Below are positions 9,319 to 20,635 of a stretch of DNA of 64,000 nt, one piece after another. The notes beneath the pieces were generated by a model, which saw nothing but the letters and a program-made list of their open reading frames with translations, ran no database searches and was not told the DNA's origin. Positions within the stretch are counted from its first letter, which is position 1. Every line of letters begins with the position of its first letter. Made by a program: the position numbers and the translations under genes. The DNA is taken from IMG/VR virus record IMGVR_UViG_3300003877_000001, positions 261,855-325,854 of that record; one strand, given 5' to 3'.

Positions 9319-12300
9319 TTATATGAAAGTAATGTTATTATTTATACTGTATGGTATTTCTTCTCTTTCTATTAACACACCACCATCAAATGTTTTATAT
9401 AACCATTGTTTTTGTGATGAAAGATTATATGTTGTTGCCCACCAAGTATTTTCATCAAGAATATATGGTCTACCTGCTTGATTTATTTCAGGGTCAATAC
9501 CTATTGGTAATTCATGTATTGTCCAAGTATCACCACCATCATTTGTTATTGCAACAGATGCAGGGTCGTTAGTATATGAGGATATTATACCAAGATCTGC
9601 GTTTGCAAAATATATTGATCTTGTAAAAAATGGTACAGTTACATCAAACCAAGTAGCACCACCATCTGTTGATTTTTTTAAATCAACTTGTGTTGAATAT
9701 ATTGTATTACTATCTCCAATAGATATTGCTGGTGATGTTACTTGAGTTGTTGGTGCATATAATGATGTTCTATCAACCCATGTAGCACCACCATCATTTG
9801 ATATAAACATCCCTAATGGTTGATTAAACTGTGCAACAACTAAATCACCTAATGCATCAACAGCAATTACACCACCAAACCCAGTAAAAGGTATATCTGT
9901 TGTTGTTCTATTAAATGTAGCACCACCATCTGTTGATTTATATAAAAACCAAACATGAGAACTACTAATATTACCAACATATATGTTATTAACATCTTTA
10001 GTCGACATAACACCAAAACTTTCATTAAATGATAATGCAGTACCAAATGTTGGTTCTGTCCATGTTGCACCAGCATCTGTTGATCTTCTTACATGTGAAT
10101 CAACACCATTTATTAATCCATCTGAAGTTCTTACAGCAACAATTGTATTTGTATTTACAGCAATCACACCATAACTACCAATATTTGGGTCATCTAATGT
10201 CCATGTTTCACCACCATCATTACTAAAAGTATTTGAAGTATCACCATTAATAAAACCAAATGTTGTTGTAGGTGCTGCCGTAGTTGTTGTGGTTGTGGTT
10301 GTTGTAGGTGCTATCGTAGTAGTTGTTGGTGCTGTGGTAGTCGTAGTTGTAGTTGTTGTAATTTGAACACATGCAGGTGTGTCAAATGTTGATAATAACA
10401 ATAAATTATCTCTTTCTAATTGTGTTGACACACCAATGTAAATTAAAAAATCACTAACTCTTGTTGCATATGCAGAATCCGATAACCCACCTAAAGAAGT
10501 AAGTGATATTGCAGAATATGAAGAAAACGTATCATTAATATAATATATATTAGTTGTTACTATTGTTGAATTTCCACTTGGTTGTAATTCATTACACTTT
10601 AATTCGTGTCTTCTTGCATTAGTTGATGTTATTGTTGATACACAAATTAAATTAATTGACCATTCATATGTTGTTTGTGGTTGTACAACAATAAATGTAC
10701 TTCCATCATCCCCTAAATATTCTAAGTTTGAATCAAAATTTACACCTCTAGGATATCTAAATTTTTGTCTAGTAAATGCAGTATTTCTAATCAATATACC
10801 ACCCTTACCTAAAATTATTGTTGCTGGTAATAATTCATTTACAAATCTATTAAAGAATGCATTATATTGATTTATAAATGAATATAAATTACCGAAATTA
10901 TAACCATTACTTTGTAATGGGTTACCATTGGGAAGAAAACTTCTTTTTAAATATTCATCATAAATATGTTGTACTGTTGGATAATATCCACCAGTATTAT
11001 CAGTAATCGTTTTTCTTCTAGGTACATTAATTAATCTTCTAGTAATTAATTCAAGATATTCTAAGAAACTCATATCACCAATGTCAGGGAATGTTGAGTC
11101 TACAGGTAATAATGGTGGTACATAACTACCATCATCAATAATATAGTATGCACCAATAATAAAACCTAAATTTATTGATGATGGTAAGTATACTTGTTTT
11201 TTATTTAGTGGATTTAATGTAAAATCTGTTCCATTTTGCAACGTAATACCATTAACAGTTATTTTAATTGAGTCAAGATTAAATGCCGTAAAATCTAAAA
11301 CATAGATATATTTATTAATACCTGCATTATAATAGAATTTAGATGAACTAAATGAATCCACTCTAAACGCTTCTGATCTTTTTTCAGCATTAGAAGGTAA
11401 ACTACCATCTTTAATATACCATGTTCTAATAACTGGATTTGTTAATAAATATGCTTTTAAGTCGTTATTTTGTATAATTAATTTAGTGCGATCTAGAGTA
11501 TCAATCATAAAATCACCACTAAATAATGTTGTACCTTTAGTCATTGTTATACCGTTAATAACTAATTGAACATCACCTTTAGGTTCTTCAGGAAGTTGAA
11601 GAACAGCACCAGCAGATAATACCGTAGGTGCTTGAACCAAATATTCTACTTGTGTATATCCAGTATTCCCAAGTCTATTATATAAATATGTTACAGTTAT
11701 CACATCTTGACCTGTTGTTGCACTAACGGCAGTTGCAGGATTAATAGTAACAGTACCAAGGTTATTATCAAAATTATAATCTGTTGTTGGTGTTAATGTT
11801 ACCCCATTATAATTCATTTGAATGGCACTCCCACTCATAGGTATTTCAGGTAAATTAAATGTTGTAGGATCATCTACTTCCAATTCCATATTAATATAGA
11901 TATATGGACTTGTTGTACCTGTTGAAGTAATTGGTGAATCAATAAATTTATTATAACAAAATACGTCATATTCAATTCCACGTGCAGTATCTAATGTTAC
12001 ATCAACTTCCTTAGTATTTATAATTAATTTACTATCTTCCTGATAATAATTAGGTGTTGATGGATGAATCCTTTCAATAAATCCACCTTCTACCCATGAT
12101 TTTTTATTATCAATAGTTCTATTTACATCAAATCCCATGTTTCTAAAATTATCGATATATGCTTGTCCATTATCACTATTACCAGATATTTGAAAATAGA
12201 AATCATCAGTTTCTACTGGTGCAATAGGATATCCATCCCCATCAAATGGAAATGATGCTGAAGGTATGTCTTCCAATGACAATTCTACATCATTAGGATT

Positions 12301-13740
12301 TATTTTACCATCAACAGTATAAACATATTCAGTAATATTAATAAATGGTTCAGGAATACCAATTAATTGAAACATCGATTTTATTGCATGTCTAGTACCT
12401 TTAGACTTCCAATAATAATTAGTATTAATTAAAATTCTTCTCCAAAGTTCAATATCGATTTCAGCAGGAAGTAAATCGTTTTCACCAAATTCTTTTTCAG
12501 ATGAAAAGAATGCTTCGGTTACATCTTGTTCTGTTACTAAATCAAAAACATCCCAACCCATTGTTTTAGCTAAGTTTCTAACTAAAATATCTGGAATATT
12601 ATTCTTTTTATCATATGTTGTTTTATTGATATTAACAATAGCATCAATAAATAATCTTAATTCATCAAATTCACGACCATATATTCTTAATAACTTAGTC
12701 ATTTTACCTTCATCAGTAAGATCATAAAGTTTTAAAGAAGCTGGTGTTAAAAATCTTGCAATTAAATCGGTTTTTACTTTATCATATGAAGTACCAATAC
12801 TTAATATTGTTGTTAAAAAGGTTTCAAATAGTGAACCTTGAATATTTGGATTATAATTATCTGTTGTATTCCATAATATATTTACATCACCATAAAAAAC
12901 ACCACCAGTATCTAAAATAGTTACTTTTTTTAATTTTATTTGAAACCCACTATAATCTGCTAATCTATTAGATATGAAATATGTTTCCAATTGATTTGAG
13001 TTCTTTAAAAATTTATTATATTCTAAAACATTTGGTTTCATATGAAAATTAACTGAACCAGTTGTTGCACCTGATAATGTTGGAAATGGATTACCTTGTA
13101 CTGTTAATTCAATCCAAGGTGTATTTACTGTGTCACCAGTAAAACCAAGAACATTATGTGTATTATTTTCAGGATCAGTACTTTGCCAAATAACAAAATT
13201 TTCATAACTTAAATTAAGATTTCTTAATTTATTATCTATTGGATTTGATAAGTTCCCATTATCAAATATTATTGTAAATGTGTTTGAAACTACGGATGAT
13301 AACATTCTAAAATTTGACGTATCAGTAAATGGATCATATGTAAAATTATAGAACGTATCAGTACCATTACCTTGTGAATCAAGATATATACTTGCAGGAT
13401 AATTTTTTATAATTTCATCTATGGTTACTCTAAAAAGTTCAGCAGCAGAACCGAATCTAACATATGATTTAATATCCGATTTATCGAAATTTAATGTTAC
13501 TGTATTTGTAAAATCAAATATATCTTGTGATTGATTATTATCAATACCTAATGTTTCTAATGTAATTGGATTTGAAAACGAACTTAAAGTATTTGAATAA
13601 TCTCTAGTCTTTTTGCCTGTAAAATTTGACTTAACAACAAAATCACCCAATGAGAACACCGTTTCCGATGCTACATTAGTAAAATTTCCACCAATTAGGT
13701 CTTGATTCTGACCTTTATTTATAACCTTTTTTCTAGCCAC
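9319..13740 (-). CDS. large baseplate wedge-like protein with poly-Thr linker and C-terminal BNR/Asp-box propeller
   Basis: GTG start; LAKTMGW...WRRILINTNYYWKSKGTRHAI (P2 gpI/wedge-like); Thr tract ~10261-10360; SxDGGxTW repeats in the C-terminal ~310 aa. Confidence 0.7.
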   Translation of the reverse strand: MARKKVINKGQNQDLIGGNFTNVASETVFSLGDFVVKSNFTGKKTRDYSNTLSSFSNPITLETLGIDNNQSQDIFDFTNTVTLNFDKSDIKSYVRFGSAAELFRVTIDEIIKNYPASIYLDSQGNGTDTFYNFTYDPFTDTSNFRMLSSVVSNTFTIIFDNGNLSNPIDNKLRNLNLSYENFVIWQSTDPENNTHNVLGFTGDTVNTPWIELTVQGNPFPTLSGATTGSVNFHMKPNVLEYNKFLKNSNQLETYFISNRLADYSGFQIKLKKVTILDTGGVFYGDVNILWNTTDNYNPNIQGSLFETFLTTILSIGTSYDKVKTDLIARFLTPASLKLYDLTDEGKMTKLLRIYGREFDELRLFIDAIVNINKTTYDKKNNIPDILVRNLAKTMGWDVFDLVTEQDVTEAFFSSEKEFGENDLLPAEIDIELWRRILINTNYYWKSKGTRHAIKSMFQLIGIPEPFINITEYVYTVDGKINPNDVELSLEDIPSASFPFDGDGYPIAPVETDDFYFQISGNSDNGQAYIDNFRNMGFDVNRTIDNKKSWVEGGFIERIHPSTPNYYQEDSKLIINTKEVDVTLDTARGIEYDVFCYNKFIDSPITSTGTTSPYIYINMELEVDDPTTFNLPEIPMSGSAIQMNYNGVTLTPTTDYNFDNNLGTVTINPATAVSATTGQDVITVTYLYNRLGNTGYTQVEYLVQAPTVLSAGAVLQLPEEPKGDVQLVINGITMTKGTTLFSGDFMIDTLDRTKLIIQNNDLKAYLLTNPVIRTWYIKDGSLPSNAEKRSEAFRVDSFSSSKFYYNAGINKYIYVLDFTAFNLDSIKITVNGITLQNGTDFTLNPLNKKQVYLPSSINLGFIIGAYYIIDDGSYVPPLLPVDSTFPDIGDMSFLEYLELITRRLINVPRRKTITDNTGGYYPTVQHIYDEYLKRSFLPNGNPLQSNGYNFGNLYSFINQYNAFFNRFVNELLPATIILGKGGILIRNTAFTRQKFRYPRGVNFDSNLEYLGDDGSTFIVVQPQTTYEWSINLICVSTITSTNARRHELKCNELQPSGNSTIVTTNIYYINDTFSSYSAISLTSLGGLSDSAYATRVSDFLIYIGVSTQLERDNLLLLSTFDTPACVQITTTTTTTTTAPTTTTIAPTTTTTTTTTAAPTTTFGFINGDTSNTFSNDGGETWTLDDPNIGSYGVIAVNTNTIVAVRTSDGLINGVDSHVRRSTDAGATWTEPTFGTALSFNESFGVMSTKDVNNIYVGNISSSHVWFLYKSTDGGATFNRTTTDIPFTGFGGVIAVDALGDLVVAQFNQPLGMFISNDGGATWVDRTSLYAPTTQVTSPAISIGDSNTIYSTQVDLKKSTDGGATWFDVTVPFFTRSIYFANADLGIISSYTNDPASVAITNDGGDTWTIHELPIGIDPEINQAGRPYILDENTWWATTYNLSSQKQWLYKTFDGGVLIEREEIPYSINNNITFI

Positions 13741-13837
13741 TGATAATTTCTTTCATATAAATACAATTAAAGAAAAAACCCCAACATTTTTGTTAGGAAT
13801 TTTTTTAATTATAAATACTATAAAATTTTATAAAAAT

Positions 13838-14030
13838 TTATATTATAAGTAATTCTTTCTTTAAAACATTATTAATATCTTCATTATATTTAATATGTAA
13901 TAACTTAATATTATTATTTTTAGCAAATTCACCATGTGCAGGACATATAATTTTAACTTTAGTTTTTGATGTATTATATTCAACAAATGAATAATAGTAT
14001 TTATTTCCATGAATTTTTATTGATCTTTCA
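13838..14030 (-). pseudogene. deleted remnant of Zn-repeat/Vsr-like homing endonuclease
   Basis: Manual translation VERSIKIHGNKYYYSFVEYNTSKTKVKIICPAHGEF|AKNNNIKLLHIKYNEDINNVLKKELLII* matches both ends of the 24054..24998 family; no in-frame ATG. Confidence 0.75.
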
Positions 14031-14064
14031 ACATGTAAATATATACTAAGAAAATTTATAAAAC

Positions 14065-14967
14065 CTATCCAACTGAATCTATTATGATATTTATGTCTTG
14101 ACTATTATCAATCACATTTCTTTTTTCTTTCACTTCAAATAATGCATCATCAGTAACATCATCATCAATTTCAAATAAATTAAATTGTTTAAGAATATTT
14201 CTATCAGTATCATAATTAGTAAGAATACCACGTTTAACATCTTTGATTTGTTCACCAGCTACAACATCAACAACAGTATCTATTGTATTTTCAACAAATT
14301 CTACTTCAACAGTGAGGGGGTTTACATTTGTATTATACATTAAGATTGATTGATTAGGTTTTCCTATAAAGGGATTAACATTTGGTTTAACGTTTGAAGC
14401 CGAAGATGGTGTTAACTGTAAAAATATTAATGAACCAGAATCATCAAAACGATAACGTACTGCTGTTTGAGATGTGTTACCAATATTTTCTGTTACAGGA
14501 ATTGCTCTATTAGATGTTACAACGTATCTTACAGTATTTCGTAGCTTAGTACCATCATCATTAATATATTCGATTCTATACCCATCTAAAGCACCGTTAG
14601 TGGTTAATTCAATAGGTAGTTGATTGGAGTCTAACACAATACCCTTTACTGTCGGTAAAGCCGATAGAACCCCACAATCTACAATTACAGTTCTTAATTG
14701 TTTTGGTCTAATAAATAAAGTATAAAATCCTAATTGATTAAATATTGTTGCAGGTAAAATTAGATTATATAATCCACCAAGCAAATTATCTTCACCACTA
14801 ACTTGTTCGTCTGTTGGTGTAAGTATTGGTGCTAAGACTGAAGGTGCATCTAATCTAAATGTTTCATTTGAGTTATCTTCTCTTGATGGACTAAATGTAT
14901 AGAATATATCCAAATCATTTACCGATATATCTGCTGCTCTTAAATTTCCATATGTTCCTATACTCAC
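14065..14967 (-). CDS. putative virion structural protein
   Basis: 300-aa ORF with GTG start in baseplate cluster. Confidence 0.55.
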   Translation of the reverse strand: MSIGTYGNLRAADISVNDLDIFYTFSPSREDNSNETFRLDAPSVLAPILTPTDEQVSGEDNLLGGLYNLILPATIFNQLGFYTLFIRPKQLRTVIVDCGVLSALPTVKGIVLDSNQLPIELTTNGALDGYRIEYINDDGTKLRNTVRYVVTSNRAIPVTENIGNTSQTAVRYRFDDSGSLIFLQLTPSSASNVKPNVNPFIGKPNQSILMYNTNVNPLTVEVEFVENTIDTVVDVVAGEQIKDVKRGILTNYDTDRNILKQFNLFEIDDDVTDDALFEVKEKRNVIDNSQDINIIIDSVG

Positions 14968-15182
14968 TTTTTATTGTTTTACTTCTTTTAATTTATTATT
15001 TCTTTTATCAACAATCATAATTTTAACTAGTCTCACATTCTCATTAACCCACTCATTTTTTTTCATATTGTTTTGATAAATACTCAATATATATATTTTC
15101 ACATATGTACCATTACATTTTTCTATTCCTAGAATTACTTAATTTTCTTTAATTTCAATATCACTAAAAATAGGTTTCTTCA

Positions 15183-15626
15183 TTATGTGTTGTTTAATAT
15201 ATTAAATTTAGCACCACCAGCATATTTTTCCAATTCAGAAATATTTCTAATATCTTGTAATCTATAGACATTTTGAAAAACTGGTAATGATTGTCTTATT
15301 ATAAATACATTATTATCAATTTCTGGTTTATCAATAATATTTTGTTTTACTTCATCCTTAATAATTTTATAATCACTAAAATTATTCGGATCATCATATC
15401 CTAATGAATTAAACGAAAATGTTGTTGTTTTATTTATTACATCATCAACATAAGTAATTCCACCAATATAATATGTCCAAGTGGTGGGTGTTTGTGTTAA
15501 TAATCCGTTAACACCATCATTTATATTTGGGTCAGTAGAAGTAAAATATAGTTCACTAAGCGTACCTGTAACTGTGAACTTTCTTAATTCAGATAATCGA
15601 GATGAAGATGTTCCTGTAACTATCAT
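15183..15626 (-). CDS. hypothetical protein (structural cluster)
   Basis: 147-aa ORF coupled to the upstream GT gene. Confidence 0.6.
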   Translation of the reverse strand: MIVTGTSSSRLSELRKFTVTGTLSELYFTSTDPNINDGVNGLLTQTPTTWTYYIGGITYVDDVINKTTTFSFNSLGYDDPNNFSDYKIIKDEVKQNIIDKPEIDNNVFIIRQSLPVFQNVYRLQDIRNISELEKYAGGAKFNILNNT

Positions 15627-16519
15627 TATATTTTATTTAAATATTCAGATTCAAATTCTTTTATTATATGTGAATATTGTGGAAAAAATTTATTAATTTT
15701 AAATTTAATTTTTTCAATAACAATATCTTTATATTTAGTATAACTCCATAAATGAGCATAACCGATTTCATCGGCAATTTGAAACCAATTATAATTTCTT
15801 TTTTCAATCTCTTTAATGGGTATTATTTCAAACGGTTCTACATTATTTTCTTTTAAAATGTAATGTAAGAGTGATTGTTCCGCAATTAAAAACATACCTT
15901 CATATTTTTTTCGATTACTTTTAAAATCACCATTAGTTGAAATATCAACTAAAATTTCTTTTACTTTATTTGCATATATGTTTTTTAATTTCATATCACT
16001 AAATCCAACAACCCCACAATTATATGCTGCTAAATTATATTTATTCCAATCAATTCCATGATTATTCATTTTATCAAATGGATTTTTTGATCTCGAATAA
16101 ATATCATGAAAATGATTACCAATTGTTTTATCATTTTCAAGTGATTGAACAGCCACTTTATACCTTCCACTAGTAATATTATCACCAATAATGTCTCGAA
16201 ATAAAAGTACATCTCCATCGATATGTATATATGGTTCTGTCATTAATATATGTGTTTTAATTTTTCCCCAAATCCAAAACTTACTACTAACCCCATCCGA
16301 ATCAAAATCAACAATATGTATTTTATCATACGGTATCATTGAATATAGATTATATGCATGTTTATCACAATATAATTCAATAACATATCCTAATTTTTTT
16401 ATTAAAATTACACTCATTAAATAAGTGTAAAAGTTTTTATTTAAATATTTTATATCATAATCGTTATCAAAATTATCTTTTATTGATGGTGTTGACCATA
16501 TTGAATGTATATATTTCAT
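15626..16519 (-). CDS. GT-A fold glycosyltransferase (DUF6734-like)
   Basis: IHSIWS, LYCD, WIWGKI, YIHIDGDVLL (DxD), YNCGVVG, AEQSLL, YAHL. Confidence 0.65.
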   Translation of the reverse strand: MKYIHSIWSTPSIKDNFDNDYDIKYLNKNFYTYLMSVILIKKLGYVIELYCDKHAYNLYSMIPYDKIHIVDFDSDGVSSKFWIWGKIKTHILMTEPYIHIDGDVLLFRDIIGDNITSGRYKVAVQSLENDKTIGNHFHDIYSRSKNPFDKMNNHGIDWNKYNLAAYNCGVVGFSDMKLKNIYANKVKEILVDISTNGDFKSNRKKYEGMFLIAEQSLLHYILKENNVEPFEIIPIKEIEKRNYNWFQIADEIGYAHLWSYTKYKDIVIEKIKFKINKFFPQYSHIIKEFESEYLNKI

Positions 16520-16528
16520 CCTTATTTA

Positions 16529-16771
16529 TTATATAAAATTATCATCTAATAATAGTGATTCGCCAATACCCTGAGTAAACTCATCGTATTCACCATAGTA
16601 CCCATAGGGTATTACAACATCGAAGAAACCAAAATCGATGTCTCTTGCAGTTAACATTATTTTAAAATTATATAATATAGATAAATCGGGAATTTCAACA
16701 TAACAATCTATACAACCAGTTGTAGAACCCGTTGTCATAATTCTTTGTACTTGTTTTTTTATTAATTCCAT
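16529..16771 (-). CDS. hypothetical protein
   Basis: 80-aa ORF in operon-like packing. Confidence 0.55.
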   Translation of the reverse strand: MELIKKQVQRIMTTGSTTGCIDCYVEIPDLSILYNFKIMLTARDIDFGFFDVVIPYGYYGEYDEFTQGIGESLLLDDNFI

Positions 16772-16773
16772 TA

Positions 16774-18627
16774 TTAAACACCAAGATTAACCTTTTTACG
16801 TAAAATTACTTTAATATCTTTTTCGGGATATTTTATTTCAAACATACTATCTTCTGCGGAATATATTGTTTGATTTACAACTTCAATTTCACCAGTTATT
16901 GGATTACTAATTGTTTGTTCAATTGGATTTACAGAATATTGACCACCAATCTTATTAAATATTTTAACTGAAAGAATATTTACCACATTAGTAACATTAT
17001 TTATAACCTCAACTAATGGTGTTATAAATATATCTTCATTCATTTGATGATTATTAATATCAAAGTAATCTCTTACTGAAGTAATTACTGAATTAGCTAT
17101 TTGATTATCATTATTTTCATTTACAAACAATTCAATAATAAACCCTAAATTGAAAATTCTACCGTCACGAACTTCAATATAGTCATTAACCATTCTAAAT
17201 TCAGTAAGATATTCGGTCATATTAGATTTTAATAAACTATTAGAGGTGTTATTTAATTTACCATCAGAACCAACACCAAGAATTGGTATTATAATTTTAT
17301 TATTTTCTCTAAATGCATTTGCTCTAAAAGGTGAACCAAATTTACCATCCATTTCAAATACTTGAAATAAATAATCATTTATTTGTACATTTCTTCTTTG
17401 TGATGAAAAATTATATTTAGTTAAATTTCTTATTTGTTCAATAGATAAACCATCATTTCCACCAATTGCTGGAATTGGGTTGTTTACGGTTAAACTTCTT
17501 TTTACTTGTTGATTAAAGTCTTGACGAGAACCGTTTACATTAATTGTTACAGTACCTAATGATGTTAATGTATTTGCACCTAAATTTGATGCACTACCAC
17601 CACCTGTTTTATATCTAACAAATAACGTGAAACCTGCTTTTAATTTCTCACCTAATGCGGTATTTTCAAGATAGTTATTTAAAAATTGTTGATTTGTAAC
17701 ACCTGCCTTTAAAAATCCTTCTTTAAAAGCATCTAATTCACCATTACCCCCACCAAAAGTTAATTCACAAAAACCATCTGCTGTAAATTCTTTTATAAAT
17801 TTTTGGGTTATGTCTATCCAAATACCTGCTTTTATTCCAGTATTTCCAATTGTTAAATTATTTGTACCACCATTAGGGTCTTCTACAAAAACTCTTTGTT
17901 GTGCTAACCAATCAACCTCTTCATATCTATTATCTTGATTATTAAATTCTGCTTCGTTGGGGTTTCCAGAGAAATTAGTACCAGCTAATAATATTACATC
18001 AGACACTACTAATACATCCGGATCTGGAAGTCTTAATATATAAAAAGGAACTACTTCATTAGTAGTAATTGATTTTCTTAATATACTAGATGCACCATTA
18101 ATTACAACCTCTCTTTTGGTTATTTGATAATTACGAATAATACCATTAGAATCTAATTGTGGTATTATTGATCTATTTGGTGCTCCTAATGCTGAAAATG
18201 GGGATGCAAAATCAATTACTTCATCATTCTCAAATGTTTTACCACCACCAACTACTTGTGATTGTGGTGATATTGTTGGATAATAATCAGCATCTGGTTG
18301 GTCGCCTTTAACTGGTACAGTAACAATATAATCAACAACAGTAACTGAAGGTCTTTTAGCTGGAATATTAAACCCCATATTTTTAGCAATTCCAAGTACT
18401 GATTCGGTTTGTTGTGCATATTCTAATTGAGTTTCTTGGAATGCACGATCTGTGTTGGTTGCTAAATTATTTGCAACACCTGCATTAAGATCAATAAGCA
18501 TTGATCCCACATTAGAATCAGTAAAATCAGTAAGAACTTCAGGATAGTATTCCTTAACTAATGTTATTAATTCTTCTTTTATTTCACTAAATGTTCTTTT
18601 TTGAAAATTTACTCTATTGTCTCCCAT
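16774..18627 (-). CDS. baseplate wedge protein (T4 gp6 / P2 gpJ-like)
   Basis: NFQKRTFSEIKEELI...DFTDSNVGSMLID, IAKNMGF, LTFGGG, GGNDGLSIEQIR; follows the gp25-like gene. Confidence 0.85.
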   Translation of the reverse strand: MGDNRVNFQKRTFSEIKEELITLVKEYYPEVLTDFTDSNVGSMLIDLNAGVANNLATNTDRAFQETQLEYAQQTESVLGIAKNMGFNIPAKRPSVTVVDYIVTVPVKGDQPDADYYPTISPQSQVVGGGKTFENDEVIDFASPFSALGAPNRSIIPQLDSNGIIRNYQITKREVVINGASSILRKSITTNEVVPFYILRLPDPDVLVVSDVILLAGTNFSGNPNEAEFNNQDNRYEEVDWLAQQRVFVEDPNGGTNNLTIGNTGIKAGIWIDITQKFIKEFTADGFCELTFGGGNGELDAFKEGFLKAGVTNQQFLNNYLENTALGEKLKAGFTLFVRYKTGGGSASNLGANTLTSLGTVTINVNGSRQDFNQQVKRSLTVNNPIPAIGGNDGLSIEQIRNLTKYNFSSQRRNVQINDYLFQVFEMDGKFGSPFRANAFRENNKIIIPILGVGSDGKLNNTSNSLLKSNMTEYLTEFRMVNDYIEVRDGRIFNLGFIIELFVNENNDNQIANSVITSVRDYFDINNHQMNEDIFITPLVEVINNVTNVVNILSVKIFNKIGGQYSVNPIEQTISNPITGEIEVVNQTIYSAEDSMFEIKYPEKDIKVILRKKVNLGV

Positions 18628-18629
18628 TT

Positions 18630-19028
18630 TTATATTGTTAACGTTATACTACCTGTTTCACTAAATACATCTTCTGAATATTTAAACTCTACAAGAATAT
18701 TAATTTGATTATCACCAATATCATCACCAATATCATCAGTATCACTAAAAAATGTTACTTTTGATATTGTAAGTTGAGGTATAAACAATTTTACTGTTTC
18801 TCTTATTTCTTCTTCGATATCACTTTGTGTCACACCATCTTTAGGTTCAAAAAGATATTTTCTAATATTAACCCCATACTCAGGTTCATAATATCTCTCA
18901 CCCTTTTCAGTTAATAATAATAATATTAAATTTGAAGTTAGTGCTTCTTTTGTAATACTATTCATTTTAAATAATCTGTTAGTTACGTTATCATCCTCTA
19001 ATGGAAATTTAATATTTATTGTATTCAT
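18630..19028 (-). CDS. baseplate protein gp25/GPW-like
   Basis: NLILLLLTEKGERYYEPEYGVNIRKYLFEP. Confidence 0.9.
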   Translation of the reverse strand: MNTINIKFPLEDDNVTNRLFKMNSITKEALTSNLILLLLTEKGERYYEPEYGVNIRKYLFEPKDGVTQSDIEEEIRETVKLFIPQLTISKVTFFSDTDDIGDDIGDNQINILVEFKYSEDVFSETGSITLTI

Positions 19029-19057
19029 CTTTTTGTTTTTTATAAATACATATAAAG

Positions 19058-19085
19058 AAAAAATCCGACTATTTAGGTCGGATTT
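19058..19085 (-). terminator. intrinsic terminator
   Basis: AAATCCGAC-TATTTAG-GTCGGATTT stem with minus-strand T-run; GTATTTATA follows at 19041-19049. Confidence 0.75.
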
Positions 19086-19105
19086 ATAATAATATTTGTA
19101 GATTT

Positions 19106-19261
19106 TTATTCCATAATGACCATATATTCAAAATCAGATTCAAAAGTTGTATTTATTTTTGTTAAATATAAATAATTATAACCAGTATCATCATATATAA
19201 ACCCATTTTCAGGGTAATTATCCTTCTCCATTTTCTTTTCTTTTTTTCTCTTCTTCCCCAT
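19106..19261 (-). CDS. small hypothetical protein (51 aa), below ORF-track cutoff
   Basis: MGKKRKKEKKMEKDNYPENGFIYDDTGYNYLYLTKINTTFESDFEYMVIME*; fills the gap before the terminator. Confidence 0.4.
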   Translation of the reverse strand: MGKKRKKEKKMEKDNYPENGFIYDDTGYNYLYLTKINTTFESDFEYMVIME

Positions 19262-19631
19262 CTTTATTATATTTTTCATTAAATTTATTTTTCATTTCTT
19301 CAATTAATTCCTCTTGTTTTTCAATAATTTCTAAATATTGTTTACTAACATCTTTAAATTCTTTATTTAATTCTTTTAGTTCTGTTTCACCATTTTCTAT
19401 GTTAGCAACTAATCTTAATTTATGATCCTCTTCTTCTAATTTTAACATTCTTTCTTTTGCTCTTAAATTAAGTTGTTTTGCATCATTACCATCCATAGTG
19501 GATGCCAATTTATGTATTTCATTTATTTTATTGATTGAATCAACACCTTTACTTGCATCGCCACTTTCAACAGCTTGTTTTAAATTTTCTAAAAAATTAT
19601 TTTGTGTTCCTTCTTGTAATTTTTTTTTCAT
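19218..19631 (-). CDS. coiled-coil hypothetical protein
   Basis: K/E-rich heptads. Confidence 0.6.
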   Translation of the reverse strand: MKKKLQEGTQNNFLENLKQAVESGDASKGVDSINKINEIHKLASTMDGNDAKQLNLRAKERMLKLEEEDHKLRLVANIENGETELKELNKEFKDVSKQYLEIIEKQEELIEEMKNKFNEKYNKDGEEEKKRKENGEG

Positions 19632-20635
19632 TATCCTATTTTTTCTATTTTAGTTCCTCTTAATTTTACAACATGATATATTACTTGATCTTTATCTTTT
19701 GGGATACTTTCATCAAGTATTTCACTACGTTTATAATAACTCCCTATTTTATATCCATATCGATTATCATATTCATCTTTAATCCATACTAAATCAATAT
19801 CGATAAGTTCCTCAAATATGCTACTTTTTTCTGAATATGTAAAGACTTTATATTTTGCAGGTATAAAAAATTCTAATATTTTATGACTATCATCAACTCT
19901 TTTAATATGAACATATTCAGCCAGTTGTTCAATCTTATTAAAACATTCTTCATTTTTTCTTTTAACTGTTAGAGGATATTTTCTTAATTTAGATTTCTCA
20001 TAACTATTTAATTCTCTAAATCCCAACGATAAATCTTCAACAACTTCATGATTATTTCCAATTCCAATATTTGGTGGTTTATTTGAAAACATAAATTCTA
20101 TGGGATATTTATTATCATCATTGGTTGTTCTTTCATGTATTTCTTCAACCATAACCTCTCCCATTGTTTTTCCATAGTTTTTATTCTTAGGATCATAAAA
20201 CCCAAAATGATCATATCTTCTACCCCACTTATCTTTTTTTGGTTTTTCATTTTGTTTCCGACCAACATTTTTAAATTCTTCATCTGTTTTACCAACAGAC
20301 ATTCCCCACTTATTAGCAGCCATTTCCATTTGTTCTGGTGTGGAATTACGTAAAAATTTATCTGCACTTTTTAAAACTTCATAATAATCTTGAACAAACT
20401 TCTGATCACGTTGACCTTGAAGCATTTTTTCTGCAATACGATTTTTATGTCTAACTCTTTGATTTTGATTATTTTTTTCATTTAATACATTTGGGTCAGC
20501 TTTAAGTGTTTCTACTTCCGCATTATATAAACCAATACTAATTCGTATCATCAAAAGATGTAACGAAGTATATAACCACAATAAACCTAATTTAATATTA
20601 TTCCAAATATATTTCATTAATATTCTAATAACCAA
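19631..20635 (-). CDS. hypothetical protein
   Basis: 334-aa ORF, hydrophobic N-terminal segment. Confidence 0.65.
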   Translation of the reverse strand: MVIRILMKYIWNNIKLGLLWLYTSLHLLMIRISIGLYNAEVETLKADPNVLNEKNNQNQRVRHKNRIAEKMLQGQRDQKFVQDYYEVLKSADKFLRNSTPEQMEMAANKWGMSVGKTDEEFKNVGRKQNEKPKKDKWGRRYDHFGFYDPKNKNYGKTMGEVMVEEIHERTTNDDNKYPIEFMFSNKPPNIGIGNNHEVVEDLSLGFRELNSYEKSKLRKYPLTVKRKNEECFNKIEQLAEYVHIKRVDDSHKILEFFIPAKYKVFTYSEKSSIFEELIDIDLVWIKDEYDNRYGYKIGSYYKRSEILDESIPKDKDQVIYHVVKLRGTKIEKIG

